64,000 nt of DNA from Dimorphilus gyrociliatus. Lineage: Eukaryota; Animalia; Annelida. The notes below the pieces were generated by a model. The model ran no database searches, was not told the DNA's origin, and saw nothing but the letters and a program-made list of their open reading frames with translations. Position 1 is the first letter of the stretch; each line of letters starts with the position of its first letter. The translations under genes were made by a program, and so were the position numbers. The DNA is taken from NCBI GenBank assembly GCA_904063045.1, contig CAJFCJ010000003.1, positions 1,550,001 through 1,614,000 on the forward strand, given 5' to 3'. Of the stretch, positions 22,246 to 35,430 are shown in pieces.

Positions 22246-25200
22246 GATCGAAAGTGGATGAAAATGTTAATTAAGAGACCAAACTGCTTGTTTGTTTTAC
22301 AAGTACTTTTAAATATGACAGCTTACTAATTGAAAATAGTTTATCTTTGATTTTGAGGAGTTTGTAAGGAGTGTTGCTGTATATAAAAAGTATTAATTTC
22401 CAGTACAGTATATCATTAAATGTAATTTTATCGTTCAACTTAAATAAGGCAAAATAGAGCAAGTCAATAATTTCATCAGTGATAACAAAATATGCGTTGG
22501 TGTTTAATGGATAAAAGATCATATTGTTAAAATAGATACTCTGATTTATATATTGATTGATCACCAAATGAAACAGGCTGAAATAGAGTTTTCTCAGTAC
22601 AATTTGAAATTGATTAATGTGGATCCATTGTTGACTAACCTTGGTTTACAATTATTAGTTTGTTTCATACAGAACGTTTATTTGGATTACTAATAGCAAT
22701 ATTGGCTATTTCATGTTTATTTTAGTAGTGATCAGTTTTTCAGTTTTGCAGATATATAACTTATATCTCCTCCATTTGTACCATTTAGATTAAATACTGT
22801 TAGGTTCATTAAATGTATCTGCAAAGTCAATAGTCAATTTAAAGCATAGGGCAAAATTTTTATTAACATATATGCATTATAGTCATAATATATCTACTAT
22901 AACTATATTGTACATTAAAAATAGTATGAAAACTAAACAATTATCATACTGTCAGAGGATAAAGCATTTTTTACATATTTTGTTCAAATGATAAGAAAGG
23001 CAATGCTAATATTCTCTTTTTCAACTAATCTTGCTGATAAACAGTTAATTTGTATTACTCTGTTCAAACGCCAAATTTTTCCTAAGCTAACAACAATTCA
23101 CTTCATTTCGTATAGATAGCAGTACTGTTAAAATATAGGTCTTTGTGCTAAATTGAGGTTTTTTTTTATACAAAATTACAACTAATTCACTTGTCTGTTA
23201 GTAGACTTTCTAAGGCATATTCTGTCCTCTTTTATTCGTTAGAGAATAAGAAATAGCTTTATCTACGCGCTCTTTATATCTTAAATCATTTATATTGAGT
23301 AATATAATTAAATACTTGGAAGTTGATTTCTTAGAAACCTTTCATCCTCCATTCCGGACATTAAATTCCACTTTTTTACGTAAATAAAATAAGACAGCTT
23401 GTCTACTATTCAATAAAAATATATATTAATCAGTGTTGATTTACGAGTGAACAAGCATATATCTCAAAGAATGTAAATTGAAACAAACTACAAAATATTA
23501 ACAACAAAAAAAAAAGAAAAACAATATTTCAGTTATGTTTGTTTTGAAGATTGTTGAAAAAAATGAAAACTATTTCTTCAAAGAATATAAAAATAGCAAT
23601 ACTTACTGAGGAGGGGAAAAAAAAAAGAACAAACATAATACTTCTTCTGCAGATATTTTTTATTTAGTTTTTTCAATGTATGGTTTAAAAATATTCATGA
23701 AAGCGTTTTTCATGCCTAGTTTTCTATACATGCAGAGTTTTTATCAAAAAGGCCTTTTTTTATTGTCATCGTTTTAAAAAAAAGAGTTTCACATTCACAT
23801 GTTTAACATTTTACAAAAAATGTAATGGAATAATAATAATTACAAAACTTTCAAGTCAAACTCCCTACTCTATGATGTAGAGCAAAGACTCATAAAATAC
23901 AAATGACAGATTGACTTATTCGATTGTAAAGAATTACTTTATGAAAGATCAAATACAATCTATTGGGGTTTCTACTTTTTTTGAATACACTGTATTTATC
24001 AAAAAAATATGAAATAGGTTAAGACAATGTTTTGTCAATTTTGCATAGAAAATAATAGACGAGTAACAGAACGGCGAGTGCTGAAAAAATGTTCTATTAG
24101 CCTAGTCTATTAGCGATCGCTGAAACGTACAAAAAAGTGCTGTAATTTTGTACCTACGTAGAAAAGATAAAGATAAGCAAGTTTCACTAAGACGATATAC
24201 TATGTAATTTATAGCTTCAAGTAATCAAGATAAAATTTTTAATAGAATAACATTCAATAATAGGTTGACAGCATCAATTGTATAATCTTTTTAATATCAT
24301 CATACTAATTAGAGAAAGTCCCTTAGGGTATAATTCTGATTTAAGTACGTTCTTAATTGCTTTTTCTCTCAAGCCGGTTATTACAGAAAAAATATATATT
24401 AATAAGAAATTTGAGGAAACTTGTATTATATTTGTAAAGGTTAAAACGTAAGGAATGATTGAAAATACACTAAAACGATAACATATATTTCTATCTTAAA
24501 TAAAGTGCTGAAAATCTAAAAATCTAGGATAGGCCTCATGAAATATTTATTAGTCATATTAGAATATCAGACTAAACAACCATACCGCCCAGCAACTGTA
24601 TTTATTGTACCAACATAAGCCTATTATGCAGGAATATATTTTTATTCAATAGAAATTTTTATAATATATTCTCTGCTATTTTTTTAATTTATACAATACA
24701 ATGAAAAAAAACCCTTTTGTATTTGATGAAGAAAGGCATATTTTTTTCCTATTCCTTTCATATTACCAATTAATTATTAACGATTATGTTTGAAAATATT
24801 TGTCTAGTTTTGAAGAAAGAAAACATTAATGATAAATTTGTTATATAAATAGAACATATTTCTCACAATCACAGATGTGCTACAGCACACCTGAATTTTA
24901 CATATATGAAATGTAACATTTTATTGAATTTAGAAATTAGGAAACATGTTTATATTCCATTTTCTACCAAAGTAGATCAGAGTTATTTTTAAATCATCTG
25001 TTTTCTATAGATTTAACACTAATTCAACTCAAGATTCTTTGATGCTTTATATCAAATATGATATATTTTTCAAAATAGAGGTTTTTATTGTTGTGTTTCG
25101 AAAACCCGTCTTGAGAGCTTGATTACAAAAATACAAACCAGTTTTAGATAAAATAAAGTTGAAAGAATGAAATCTACCAACACATAAATGAAAACCTCTT

Positions 25201-26648
25201 TCTTCATCTTTGCATCTATTTCTCTCTAAATTACTATTACAGACTATTGAAAATAATTCTATAAATTGCGGAATCATAAAATACTGCTGGAATTATTTGA
25301 TTAATTTAATAGAATTAGATAAAGATTATTTTGAATGAAATTGAAAATTTCATAATTTGCTATGCTTAGCTTCTGGAATATTTCAGCAAGACATCCTATA
25401 TATAAATCTGAAAGATAGGTTTTTTTATAAAAGTAAATTGCTATTTAGATCTGTTATTGGATATTTCATATATTTGAAATATGAGAAGTAAAAGTCTTTT
25501 AATTTAACAAGTATGAAAATATACATTCAGTCTTGTACTCTACTTGAGAATATAGTAAGAAAATTTGATGTGATGGTGTAATTTATCCAAAAAGAGCTGC
25601 TAATGATACCAATCACCTTATAGAGAATTGTATACTCTTATTTAAATATATCCTAAATACTTTTGCGATATTTCATTCAATTTCTATCGAGGAAAAAGCG
25701 CATGGTACGAAATTCACTATTAAAAATATAACAAAGGAATTGTGTTTAGAATACTTTGGAGCGCTAGCCAAATAACAAAGTACCGAAAGGAATTCGATTA
25801 CGTTAAAAAAATTGTTGACTGTATAGTTAAAATCGTAAAGCAATCAACATTAAAAAAAGTACATATTACAGGCTTAGCAACTTATAAGAGAGAGAGGAAG
25901 CTTATTTGCTCTTAAGGGAATATGATTTTATGTATTAGCTACTCTCATATTTGCACAAGAAAAAGTTGTCTTAGGGTTAGCGATTTTTTAAATCGGAAGA
26001 AATTATTTTGACAATTGTTAAAAAGTGTACTATTTATATATGGTCTATTTATATGGCTCAAGATAGGCCTTACATATTCCTAGATTATAAAAGAAGTAAT
26101 ACAATATGTTTTGACACTAGCAAATAAAAACAGGCTAAATCATATTGAAAACCAGTTCTTTCAAAGTTTGACTCAATTTTCTTAAAATGTACTTGAAAAA
26201 GTTTTTTAATGAAATTTTTTTTTTAAAATTACCATTTTCCCATGTCATACAAAGGGTTGAAAATATAAAAAGAGTAATGCTTTTAAATGCCAAGTTTCAA
26301 TGAAATTTACTATGTTTACAAAACAATGTGTAATTAGCTTTTTTTCATAAAGATTAATGGAATAATACAATTAGCTAAAGAATTTTTAAAGTATGATAAA
26401 TAAGGGCATATAATTGTACATACTATGTGTAATAATGAGAAACAAAGCCAGAATAGGCTCTTAAGTCTACTACCACAAATGAAAACAATATTTATTGGAT
26501 AAAAGAGTAAAACATCGTAAATTAAAGACAATAATATATGAAAAAGTAAATAAGTATCAGAGAGAATCTAGATCACATAAAACATTTCTCTATCGTCAAA
26601 AGCAAAATCAATATTTTGTGTGCCTTCTTGCTTTCCTTTTATATATCA

Positions 26649-26650
<2 letters not shown>

Positions 26651-26679
<29 letters not shown>
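26651..26679. repeat. (AT)n microsatellite
   Basis: Direct reading. Confidence 0.9.
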
Positions 26680-27465
26680 CTGTATATTGATAGATTAGAA
26701 ACTCTTTTTTATAACCCAGTAGGAACCTAATAGATATCACTTAAAAATCTTTTTTAAATGTTATTTGAAAATTAAACTATCATGTGCTGCTCTCAATAAT
26801 TACTACCAATTTATTAGCATACTACAAATTTTATACATTATTTAATTGTATAGCCTTTGGCTTATTTCGATTTAAAGTAAGCCTATTATGAAATAACGAA
26901 TATATAAAATATGTAATGAATGTATTACATAGGCTTGATCTGCTCTTCAGTCTATTAAAAGAGAGATTCAGCCTCTAGATAATGTAATGAGCATTGGAGT
27001 ACTAACAAAATTAATACTTATTTATTTAATCTTTTTGTATTTTTTTCATCATATAGAATAGTAGAGAATCTGAAGAATCTGAACTTTTGTCTTTTTTCAA
27101 CAATCCAATAGGAAGATTTAGCTGAATTTAATAAAAGACTGTCAAACACACTCCAAACAAAAAATTTATAATTCTATAAAATTGATTACCCTAAATACTC
27201 CGAGTTAATTATCAATACAAAAAGATTACACATATTATAACTTCTTTGTCATATAGACACTGTTGTATTAATAACAAGATATGAAATATTAGATTATTTA
27301 ATATCATCATGAGCGTTTTCTATTCCCAATTCACAAGATTTTGAATATCAATGTAAATACAAACAAGTAAATCGGACTCGATGCAAATATCACTGATGGT
27401 TTTGTATAAAAGAAATCTATATAGCAATAGTATCGAACCAAGAATTTTATCGAATCAGAAATAAA

Positions 27466-27490
27466 ATATATATATATATATATATATATA
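27466..27490. repeat. (TA)n microsatellite
   Basis: Direct reading. Confidence 0.9.
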
Positions 27491-28590
27491 CGAATTGCAA
27501 GATATAGTTACAAATATTGCGAATTTTTTTGTCACTTATCTTCAGTTCTATTTTTATAAAATGCTTCACCTATAGGAGAAATGAGATAAAGCTAATTGTA
27601 TATTTCCTACGTAATAAAGATAAAATTAATGAAAAAGTAAAGGTTTCTTTTTTTTTTAACTTCCAATAAATGTTATTGAAAAATTAAGCGACTTTTACTT
27701 ATAATAAGGATCAGTCGTTTCCTCAGAATTATTATTGATCTGTTCGTCCTTCTATTTAGTAAATGCAATCTGCTGCTGCTCACCATTTGTCGATTTATCA
27801 AAAGGATATTCGCGGTAAAAATGTGACCTATTTCCTTTATTAATATGGAATATTAATAAACAAGAGAGGAAAATTTTCACACTATAAATGATTTGTTATT
27901 TGTTTCACATAAAGTAATAAAAAAGAAGTTTACAATACTGAAGTGAAAAAATAGAAAGATCTTTAAATCTCAAATCAAAAAAAGGCCGCAGAAAGATGTA
28001 AATTGATTATTTATGCACTAGTATATAGATGTAATGTAAAATACATGTTTTTGAAATGATCATATTTCATTTTCAGGTACATGTTCGGAAATTTTGTAAA
28101 AATTTTGCAAAAATCAATAAATGCAAACATTCACTAAAATATTGAAAAGCTTCTTTCGAAAAATCAATAAATTTAATATAGCTTATAGGAATGTCTATTT
28201 ACAAAAAGTTAACTAGAAATTTGTTTTGGTTTTTAAATTATTAAAATCAATTAAGACTATAAAGCCATGTATAGAGACTGCCAAAGACTCTCAGGGCGAG
28301 GGATAGACAAAGAAATTAAAGAAGGGAAAAATTTTCAATTATTGGCTGAAATTACAAAGCCATTACATTATATTTCAGATGAATTTTAAATAATGTTATA
28401 ACCTATTTAAACATAGCGAGGTTGAAATTTAGTTTTGCTGTATAGATTTTCCTAAATTGTTCAAATTATAGAACATGTTTATTCGTGACTCAAAATGAAT
28501 AATGGGAATTTTTGTTCGTGTGATTCGTTTTTGGCACGAAATTTAGGATGATAAATTTCATTTTATACATAAAATGTTTTAAATAATTTG

Positions 28591-28597
<7 letters not shown>

Positions 28598-28633
<36 letters not shown>
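28598..28633. repeat. (TA)n microsatellite, the longest pure run seen
   Basis: Direct reading. Confidence 0.9.
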
Positions 28634-28636
<3 letters not shown>

Positions 28637-28783
28637 TTATATACAGTATATATATACAGTACATATAGTGAACTAGATATAGCAAACTAATGTAAATTGT
28701 AAAAAAAGAATGATTTTACATTTCAATTAAATAAACTATCTACTGTGCATATATATAGTCAGTATTTATGCAATAGGAAAGTT

Positions 28784-31269
28784 TTAGTCAAAGTTATAAT
28801 CCCAATGATCAATCAACTTTAGAGCAACTTTTTGGAAACTTTTAGGCTTATTTTGATGAATTTTTTCCAAATGCTTCGTCATATGATATCTGGAATTAAA
28901 AATCTGACCACAAGAATTACAAACCAATCTTTTTAATAAAGTATTTGCAATTGAAGCATGATTATTGAGAAAGTGATTTTGTAAGTCATCAGTCAGTTGA
29001 GTACGATAGTTGCAATGCTTGCAAGTAAATATTATATTTTTGACGTCTTCGCTGGCTATTCTCCTTAAGATAACATCGACATTACTACAAGTTGCTTTGG
29101 AGAGTTCATCTTTCAATTGAATTTTTACAATTTCTTTCAATTTACTTCCATTGCTGGTAATTTTGCAATCACTTATATTCTGTGTAATGGAATAATTTGA
29201 AGTAGTTTGATCTTTTGAAATTGTTGAGGAGTCATTGTTTGATATTTCTGGAAGAATGGACACATTTGTTGTTGCTGTTGTTGTTGACTGGTTCAAAGAT
29301 TTTACGTGCCTATTACTAACAGTTTCATGACTGTCATTACCAAATGCCATAGAATTAAAACTGAGGGATTTCAAATGTGACTTGGATAATAAATGAACTG
29401 GATACTTCAGAGATATTTGTTCATCTGCCATTGGTAATGGTTGAACCACAAGACGTGTTTGACTATGGACATAACCAAATTTTTTCTTAAACAATTTTTT
29501 CAACTCTTTTAGTTTTCTTGATTCATAAGTAGTATCCTTGGAATGATGAACTCTTATATGCTTTCGCATAGCATCTGTTGTATAAGATTGATGAGGGCAT
29601 TTTGAACACGAATATGCGTAGAATTTGATGTGCTTGTTCAAATGATCGTTTAAATGATGGTGTTTTAATGATGTATAGCCACAGAGAGCACACTCAAGGT
29701 GCATGGCCCTGACTCGTCTTCTGCGATATGAGCTGTGAAAAAATGATAAAATAATAAATAATAGAGTAAAAATTTTATTTTCATCATGAAATTATCTTAA
29801 TATTGTTTAAACTAATGATGAAGTAATATAATAAATATCCGTGATTAGTATCAATGAATCATCCTCTGTTTTAGGAGCGCATAGAGTTACTAATTATTTC
29901 ACATATAGGACTAGACTATCCAGATTTTTCTTGTAATTATAAATGCATTAAGTTTAAAAAAAAAAACTGATTCTTTGCTACAAAACTGAATTAACAATCG
30001 ATTTTATAACAGTTTGTTAGTGGGAAATTCGAAAAGAAACGATAATATACTATTAAAAGGGCGAATTTTAGGATTAATTCACGGTAATAATTGTTATTCA
30101 TTGCCATGTGAAATAATAAAATAGCAATGTCTTTTTCATATTATTTTCAATACTATTTCGATCCGGTTTTTCAATAGTTATTCCTATTGCTATTGTTTTA
30201 TCAGTGGTTGTTTAAAGTGAAACTCATTAGCCTTTGAAGAATATTTATGTATAAACATGAATGTTTGCAAATGTTTTTAAGATGAAGAATTTGATTTTGC
30301 CTTTAAAACCTACCTTTGGAAAGATTTACACGATTTTCCTTTCAAAATTCGTGTTGTTGGGGCTGCAAGCTCATCATTACATTTCACATTTAATTCGTTG
30401 TGTGATTCCACAGTTGGCATTGTGTCTGACACCTTCTTTTCCCCATTAGGGATTTGAGACACATTTTGAATTAGAGGTGCTATAACACCAGCTTTTTCAA
30501 CTGGCCTTCGCATCAGATTATGCATGATTTTTTTATGAACCATAAGCATTTCTGTATTTTTAGCAACCAGTTTACACTCATCACATTTGACTCTTGTTAA
30601 AATTGATTGATTTTGTTCAGTATCCCTTCGTTCGCATGACTCATCACTATCACCAGTCTCGTTTTCGTTTACACTGTCTTCTGTTTCAGCAGGTGTAAGA
30701 CATGAAGTGAACATATTCCCACTGTAATCATCTTCTGATTTTAACTCTTCATGTTTATCAGAAAATGTCAATGTCTTAGGAAGAAATAGGGGTCCACCCT
30801 CAGTAATGAAGGTGTTCTGTTCATTAGGCGATTTTGGAGGTGTTTCCAATTTGATTTCGTTTTCCTTCATTTCATCTTGATAAGCCTTAATAAAAGCAGT
30901 TTTAATTTTCTGCGTTTTAGCTTTCTGAAAGCGTGTTCCAGTTACTGATTTACTGTTGAAAAAATCACTACTGATACAATAATCCATTGTCTTATTGGTT
31001 TTATCACCGCTGTTTTCAATATAATCCTTATTAGAATGAGTAGAAGTATTAGTTGAAGAAGTTACAGCAGTATTTATAATCCTTTTAGACTGCCATTTTT
31101 TTATCTCATCATCTGTTAGTCTTCGAAGACAAACTTTAGTATTACATATTTTATGTAGATTCTTCATTGTCAGTTGTAAGAGATTTTTTGAAAATTTTTG
31201 AATTTTTCTTCCTTTTCTACGATTCATATTGTTATTGATATCGCTCTCGAATTCGGTGATATCCTCCAT
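28784..31269 (-). CDS. Dispersed multi-C2H2 zinc-finger protein; exons 31269-30314 and 29732-28784 (at least 634 aa)
   Basis: Five C2H2 fingers: CDEC..HKKIMH, CALC..HLNKH, CSKC..HIRVHH, CKHC..HFLNNH, CNSC..HLEKIH. Phase-2 intron AG|gtaggt...cacag|C joins the two ORFs. An in-frame acceptor just upstream of Met 31269 may add more N-terminal sequence. Confidence 0.9.
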
Positions 31270-32254
31270 AAGTACAATAGGAGATAAATCAACCTAATTA
31301 AGGGTAAAACATAAAATTAATTGGACGGTTGGTAACAAAGAGAATAAAAATACTACAGATGTAGAAATCTGAGGAAATTTTTTCATAAATAACATCTGTC
31401 AACCAAGTGTTGACGTAACATGTTAAATATCCAACATTCAAAATCAAAATGAATGCCTGCGACAAGTTTAACAAAGGCCTTACCGATAAGATTTTATCGG
31501 CTTATTTTTAGTTCAGCAATCAACTAACGCAAAGCTATTTGTCAGATAAAGAGAGTTTATTTTCTGTGGAAAAAATTAATAGCACTAGAGTTTAAAAGGT
31601 ATTGGTTAGGCTGTTGCAACGTTATATTTAAATGCTTTGCTCTTATTTATAAAATATATATGATAGCTGTTTTCCGAAAGAGGTACACTCCTCTTACGCT
31701 ACAGTTGAATAAAGGGGAAATTATGATATTTTCTATAGGATTTTCTCAGTTGAAAGCTGCTGTTTTATTACTATTATATATAAAGATTGACTGCTTAACA
31801 TAGGTTTTATCTCGTTGAAAATTATACGGGTTCTACGTCTTTGTTTAAAATATAAGCTATATAAATCTCACATGGAATTAGTTCTATGTTACCTATTCAT
31901 TTATGTATTTTTCTAAGACTTATAGTAGCGCGCTGATGTAATAAAAAAAACAACAAGAGGTTTAAGAAGCGTTGCAGAAAGTCAATAATTGAGCTTTGCG
32001 TCCCAAAAACAGGCAAATAAAGCAATCAAAGAATGCAGTACAATAGAATACACAAGGCCAGTATGACCGTGTATTTCCTGCATTAGATATAACTATATGC
32101 TGTTGGCAGAGCACCGTATATATGATTCGCTTTTAACTAGGTCACGGCTAGTTTAGAGTAAAAGGTTGTAATGCTACTGCTTTATTTATTCAACACAACC
32201 TGTAAGAGCAATTTTTTTTCAAATTGTAGTGATTCAACCGTAAATTTATGTATC

Positions 32255-32370
32255 TATATATATATATATATATGTATACACATATATACGTATAGATATC
32301 TCTATGATAAATATATATATATATATATATAAATTTATATATATATCTATACAGATATCTATATATATAC
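32255..32370. repeat. Compound interrupted (TA)n low-complexity tract
   Basis: Several TA runs separated by g/c interruptions. Confidence 0.85.
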
Positions 32371-32539
32371 AACAGTTCAAGAGAGACAAAAAAAAGCGTA
32401 CACAAAAGGCTTTTAACGTTTATCATAATTCTCATTAAAAGTTTTTAGTAAGGAAAAGGAGTTATAAAAAAATAGTAAACATTAATGGTTACAATTAAAA
32501 ACTTATTTGGGACAAAATATTCGAGCAGTAATTCATACC

Positions 32540-32670
32540 TGAACAAAAAATAAGATGCTTGTGTTTATAAAGGCCACGTTGATATCTTCCAATCTATAAC
32601 TAAGCACACATGCTAGAGTTGAACAGTCGGGTAACAGCTCCGTTTCAGTGGGCCGATTGGTTAGCTTTCA
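32540..32670 (-). promoter_or_regulatory. Candidate promoter and non-coding first exon of the zinc-finger gene
   Basis: Locally GC-richer, with a CCAAT box (ggccgattggttag, about 32651-32664) and a minus-strand donor ttcag|gtatga at about 32540. Confidence 0.3.
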
Positions 32671-35400
32671 TACGGAAGACGATACCACGTTTCCTCTATA
32701 AAGATAACATCAAGAAAGATTTTTTAAAATCTTCAACAAGATGTAAACTAGTTCTTATGGATCATAAAAAGATTTAAATATGATTAAAAATACATCTAAG
32801 TAAATGTCTGTAATGAAGCCTTATCAGGCAAATTTTCCTTTTTTTTCTATAATTTGCTGACTGTAGCTAACCGCGCAGTGTTTTTTTTTTGTTCTAGTTT
32901 ACAATTAAATTTCATTCATTACTGGACTATTAATTAAAATTTTTTTATTAGTATTACTTCATCACACAAACAAAGTATAATTCCTTTCATTGTTAGTATT
33001 AATTAGCCAACAGGTGCTAGAAAATGAAATATAAAATAACAAGAAGCATTGACTAAATATAAATCATTTAAAAATTTTCTCTTCTTTTTCTTTAATGAAC
33101 AAAAAAATATTGAAATAAATAAAAAAGAACTGGAATTTTCACCTTTAAAATGTAAAGCATAGAATAAAAATCATAAAAATTTCTTAATTAAATTAAATAA
33201 TCTATTAAGAATAGTAGTTGTTTACAATTATTCGATATTGTTTCACTAACCCAAAAATATTCCAAGATATTGTAAATATTTCATGAAAAAAGTAATTTAA
33301 AAGAAAGAATTACATACATATTCTAGTCTTTAAATTATAACTATAAAGATGATTTCTTTTTATTGGGAATGGCATACATATATTATACGTAAAATGTTTA
33401 TACAGTAAATTTCCCAAAGGTGCATTAGGAATAATATGTTTATTGCTATCAATCAAGATATTTTAATTTTCTATTTAATTCTCTTTGGATTGTTTCAGTA
33501 CAAAAATTTCCTCTTTTTTATATTTCTCTTCTTGATCGTTTGATAAAAATGATAGAAGAAAAGACACATCTGCCTCTGAAAAGCAGCTTGCTTTTCTTCT
33601 ATTATAGATATATGTGAAAGAGCCTTAAATTAATGACCTTGAATTTTACATGATATTATTATCCGCCTCTTTGTACATGTAATAAATACTTCAGATAACT
33701 ATTCCTCGGGTTAATATCTAAAGAGTGTATTGTTTAATATATTAATTTAAGAAATTATTAATTTCAGTTTAATAATGCTTGTTTAAGTTTATCTATAAAG
33801 ATATAAAAATACTTTTAATCTTTATTCAATCTTTATTTTTTTCTAAGACAATTGTTTAATATTTTATTGTTGTATCTCATATTTTAACGTTCTTTTAGAT
33901 TGCAATTCCTTTAATTTAATTGATAGGCTGGAGAATGATTTATCGATAAATCTCTCCTGAAATATCCTAGCGTCACTCGTTTATCGAGCTAGTAATATGT
34001 TTATATTGGTTTCTATAGAAAAATATAGATATAAAAGTATATTTAGAAATTTATGTAATAATTACTATTGGTAATTGCCGTTGATATGCATTAATTAATT
34101 TTAATAACCATACCTATTCATTAAAAATATTTAAGAAAATGACCTTGGCCCTACAATCCATATAATATCAAAAAAGTATCACCTTGTGTTATAAATCACT
34201 TTATCCTTACACATAGAAGTTGAAACAACCTGGGAATGCTACAAATTTAAATGCCTCACTTTAATATTTTACTTGATATTAGAAAAATCTTTTCATATAA
34301 TATAAACGTAAATATTTTTTTCTCTCAAATACTAACGACATCTAGTTGATAAGGCCTAAAAATACAACTATAATGTACCATTTTAATGAATAGCGATATT
34401 TCGAGACAAATCGAAATAGCCGTTGTAACTCTCTATAATTAGTGACCAATGGCCAAAATTTTATAAAAGTTTTATCTTTTAGAAATTGAATAATAGTTTT
34501 ATTTTCAAGTTGAACTAATGAGTGAGCTCATAGTCCATTTTAAAGGTAAAATAAGACTTTAAGTTATAACATCTGGATTTTTAGTTAGAGTGTGAATCCT
34601 AAATTAAAATTTATCACAATTAAATTGAAAATTTAATTCCCGAGCGATGTTTAATTTTTCTCAGAAAAATACTGCAGCTTCAATCTATTAGCAACTCAAC
34701 ATTCTTAACTCTTTTTTTTTATCAAAAGACTCTTATTTGTCACTCATTTGAGTGAAAATTTACTAAACTCAAAAGAAACGAATATAGAATATTCAGCAGG
34801 GAAAAAATGAGTATTGCTGACCCAAACTATTTACATTTCTCTTCACTATTAAAAGGCTGCAAAAGTGCAAAGAAGTCCAACAAAAAGGCAATATAAAATG
34901 AATCCTCAACATGCAATGGCATTGATTTAAGGAAGTGGATGTGTTCTCTTTGTTAGTCATATTCTGTTTTTTCACAACATATTTATTCTGTTATCAATAA
35001 TTGAAATAAATGTAATATACTGTATGAAACTGTTTAGGAGTAAAGTATAAATGAAATATAAAGTCTTCAATTACTAATATGCACTAAAACATCTGTTTGA
35101 AAACCACTGTCATATTTTTATAATATACATTCTTTTTAATTTTAGCAAAATGTAGAATATGTTAAAAACGTTCAAAACTGAAATTTCAAATACATTACTA
35201 GCGCTTGATATAAAACATGAAAAAAAAATATTTTCAGGTGAATCTTTTCATTATTGAAAGTAATTTTTACATTTTCTTTACGATATAGTCGATTTTCCAA
35301 TACAAGTTTCTATCGTATTATTCAATTTCTATAATCAAGCTATAGTGTGCGTTTTATAGTGTATGCTGTACAAAGGAACAGTATCTAAAGAAGAAAGGGT

Positions 35401-35430
35401 GAGACAGAGAAAGAGAGAGAGAGAGAGAGG
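35401..35430. repeat. (GA)n microsatellite within a ~90-bp polypurine tract
   Basis: gagacagagaaagagagagagagagagagg inside the purine-rich stretch 35388-35478. Confidence 0.85.

Noticed and set aside
32190-32435. ORF-track entries rich in YI/IY repeats (also 26495-26698, 42239-42517 N-terminus, 56356-56556)
   Set aside because: These are translations of (TA)n microsatellites.
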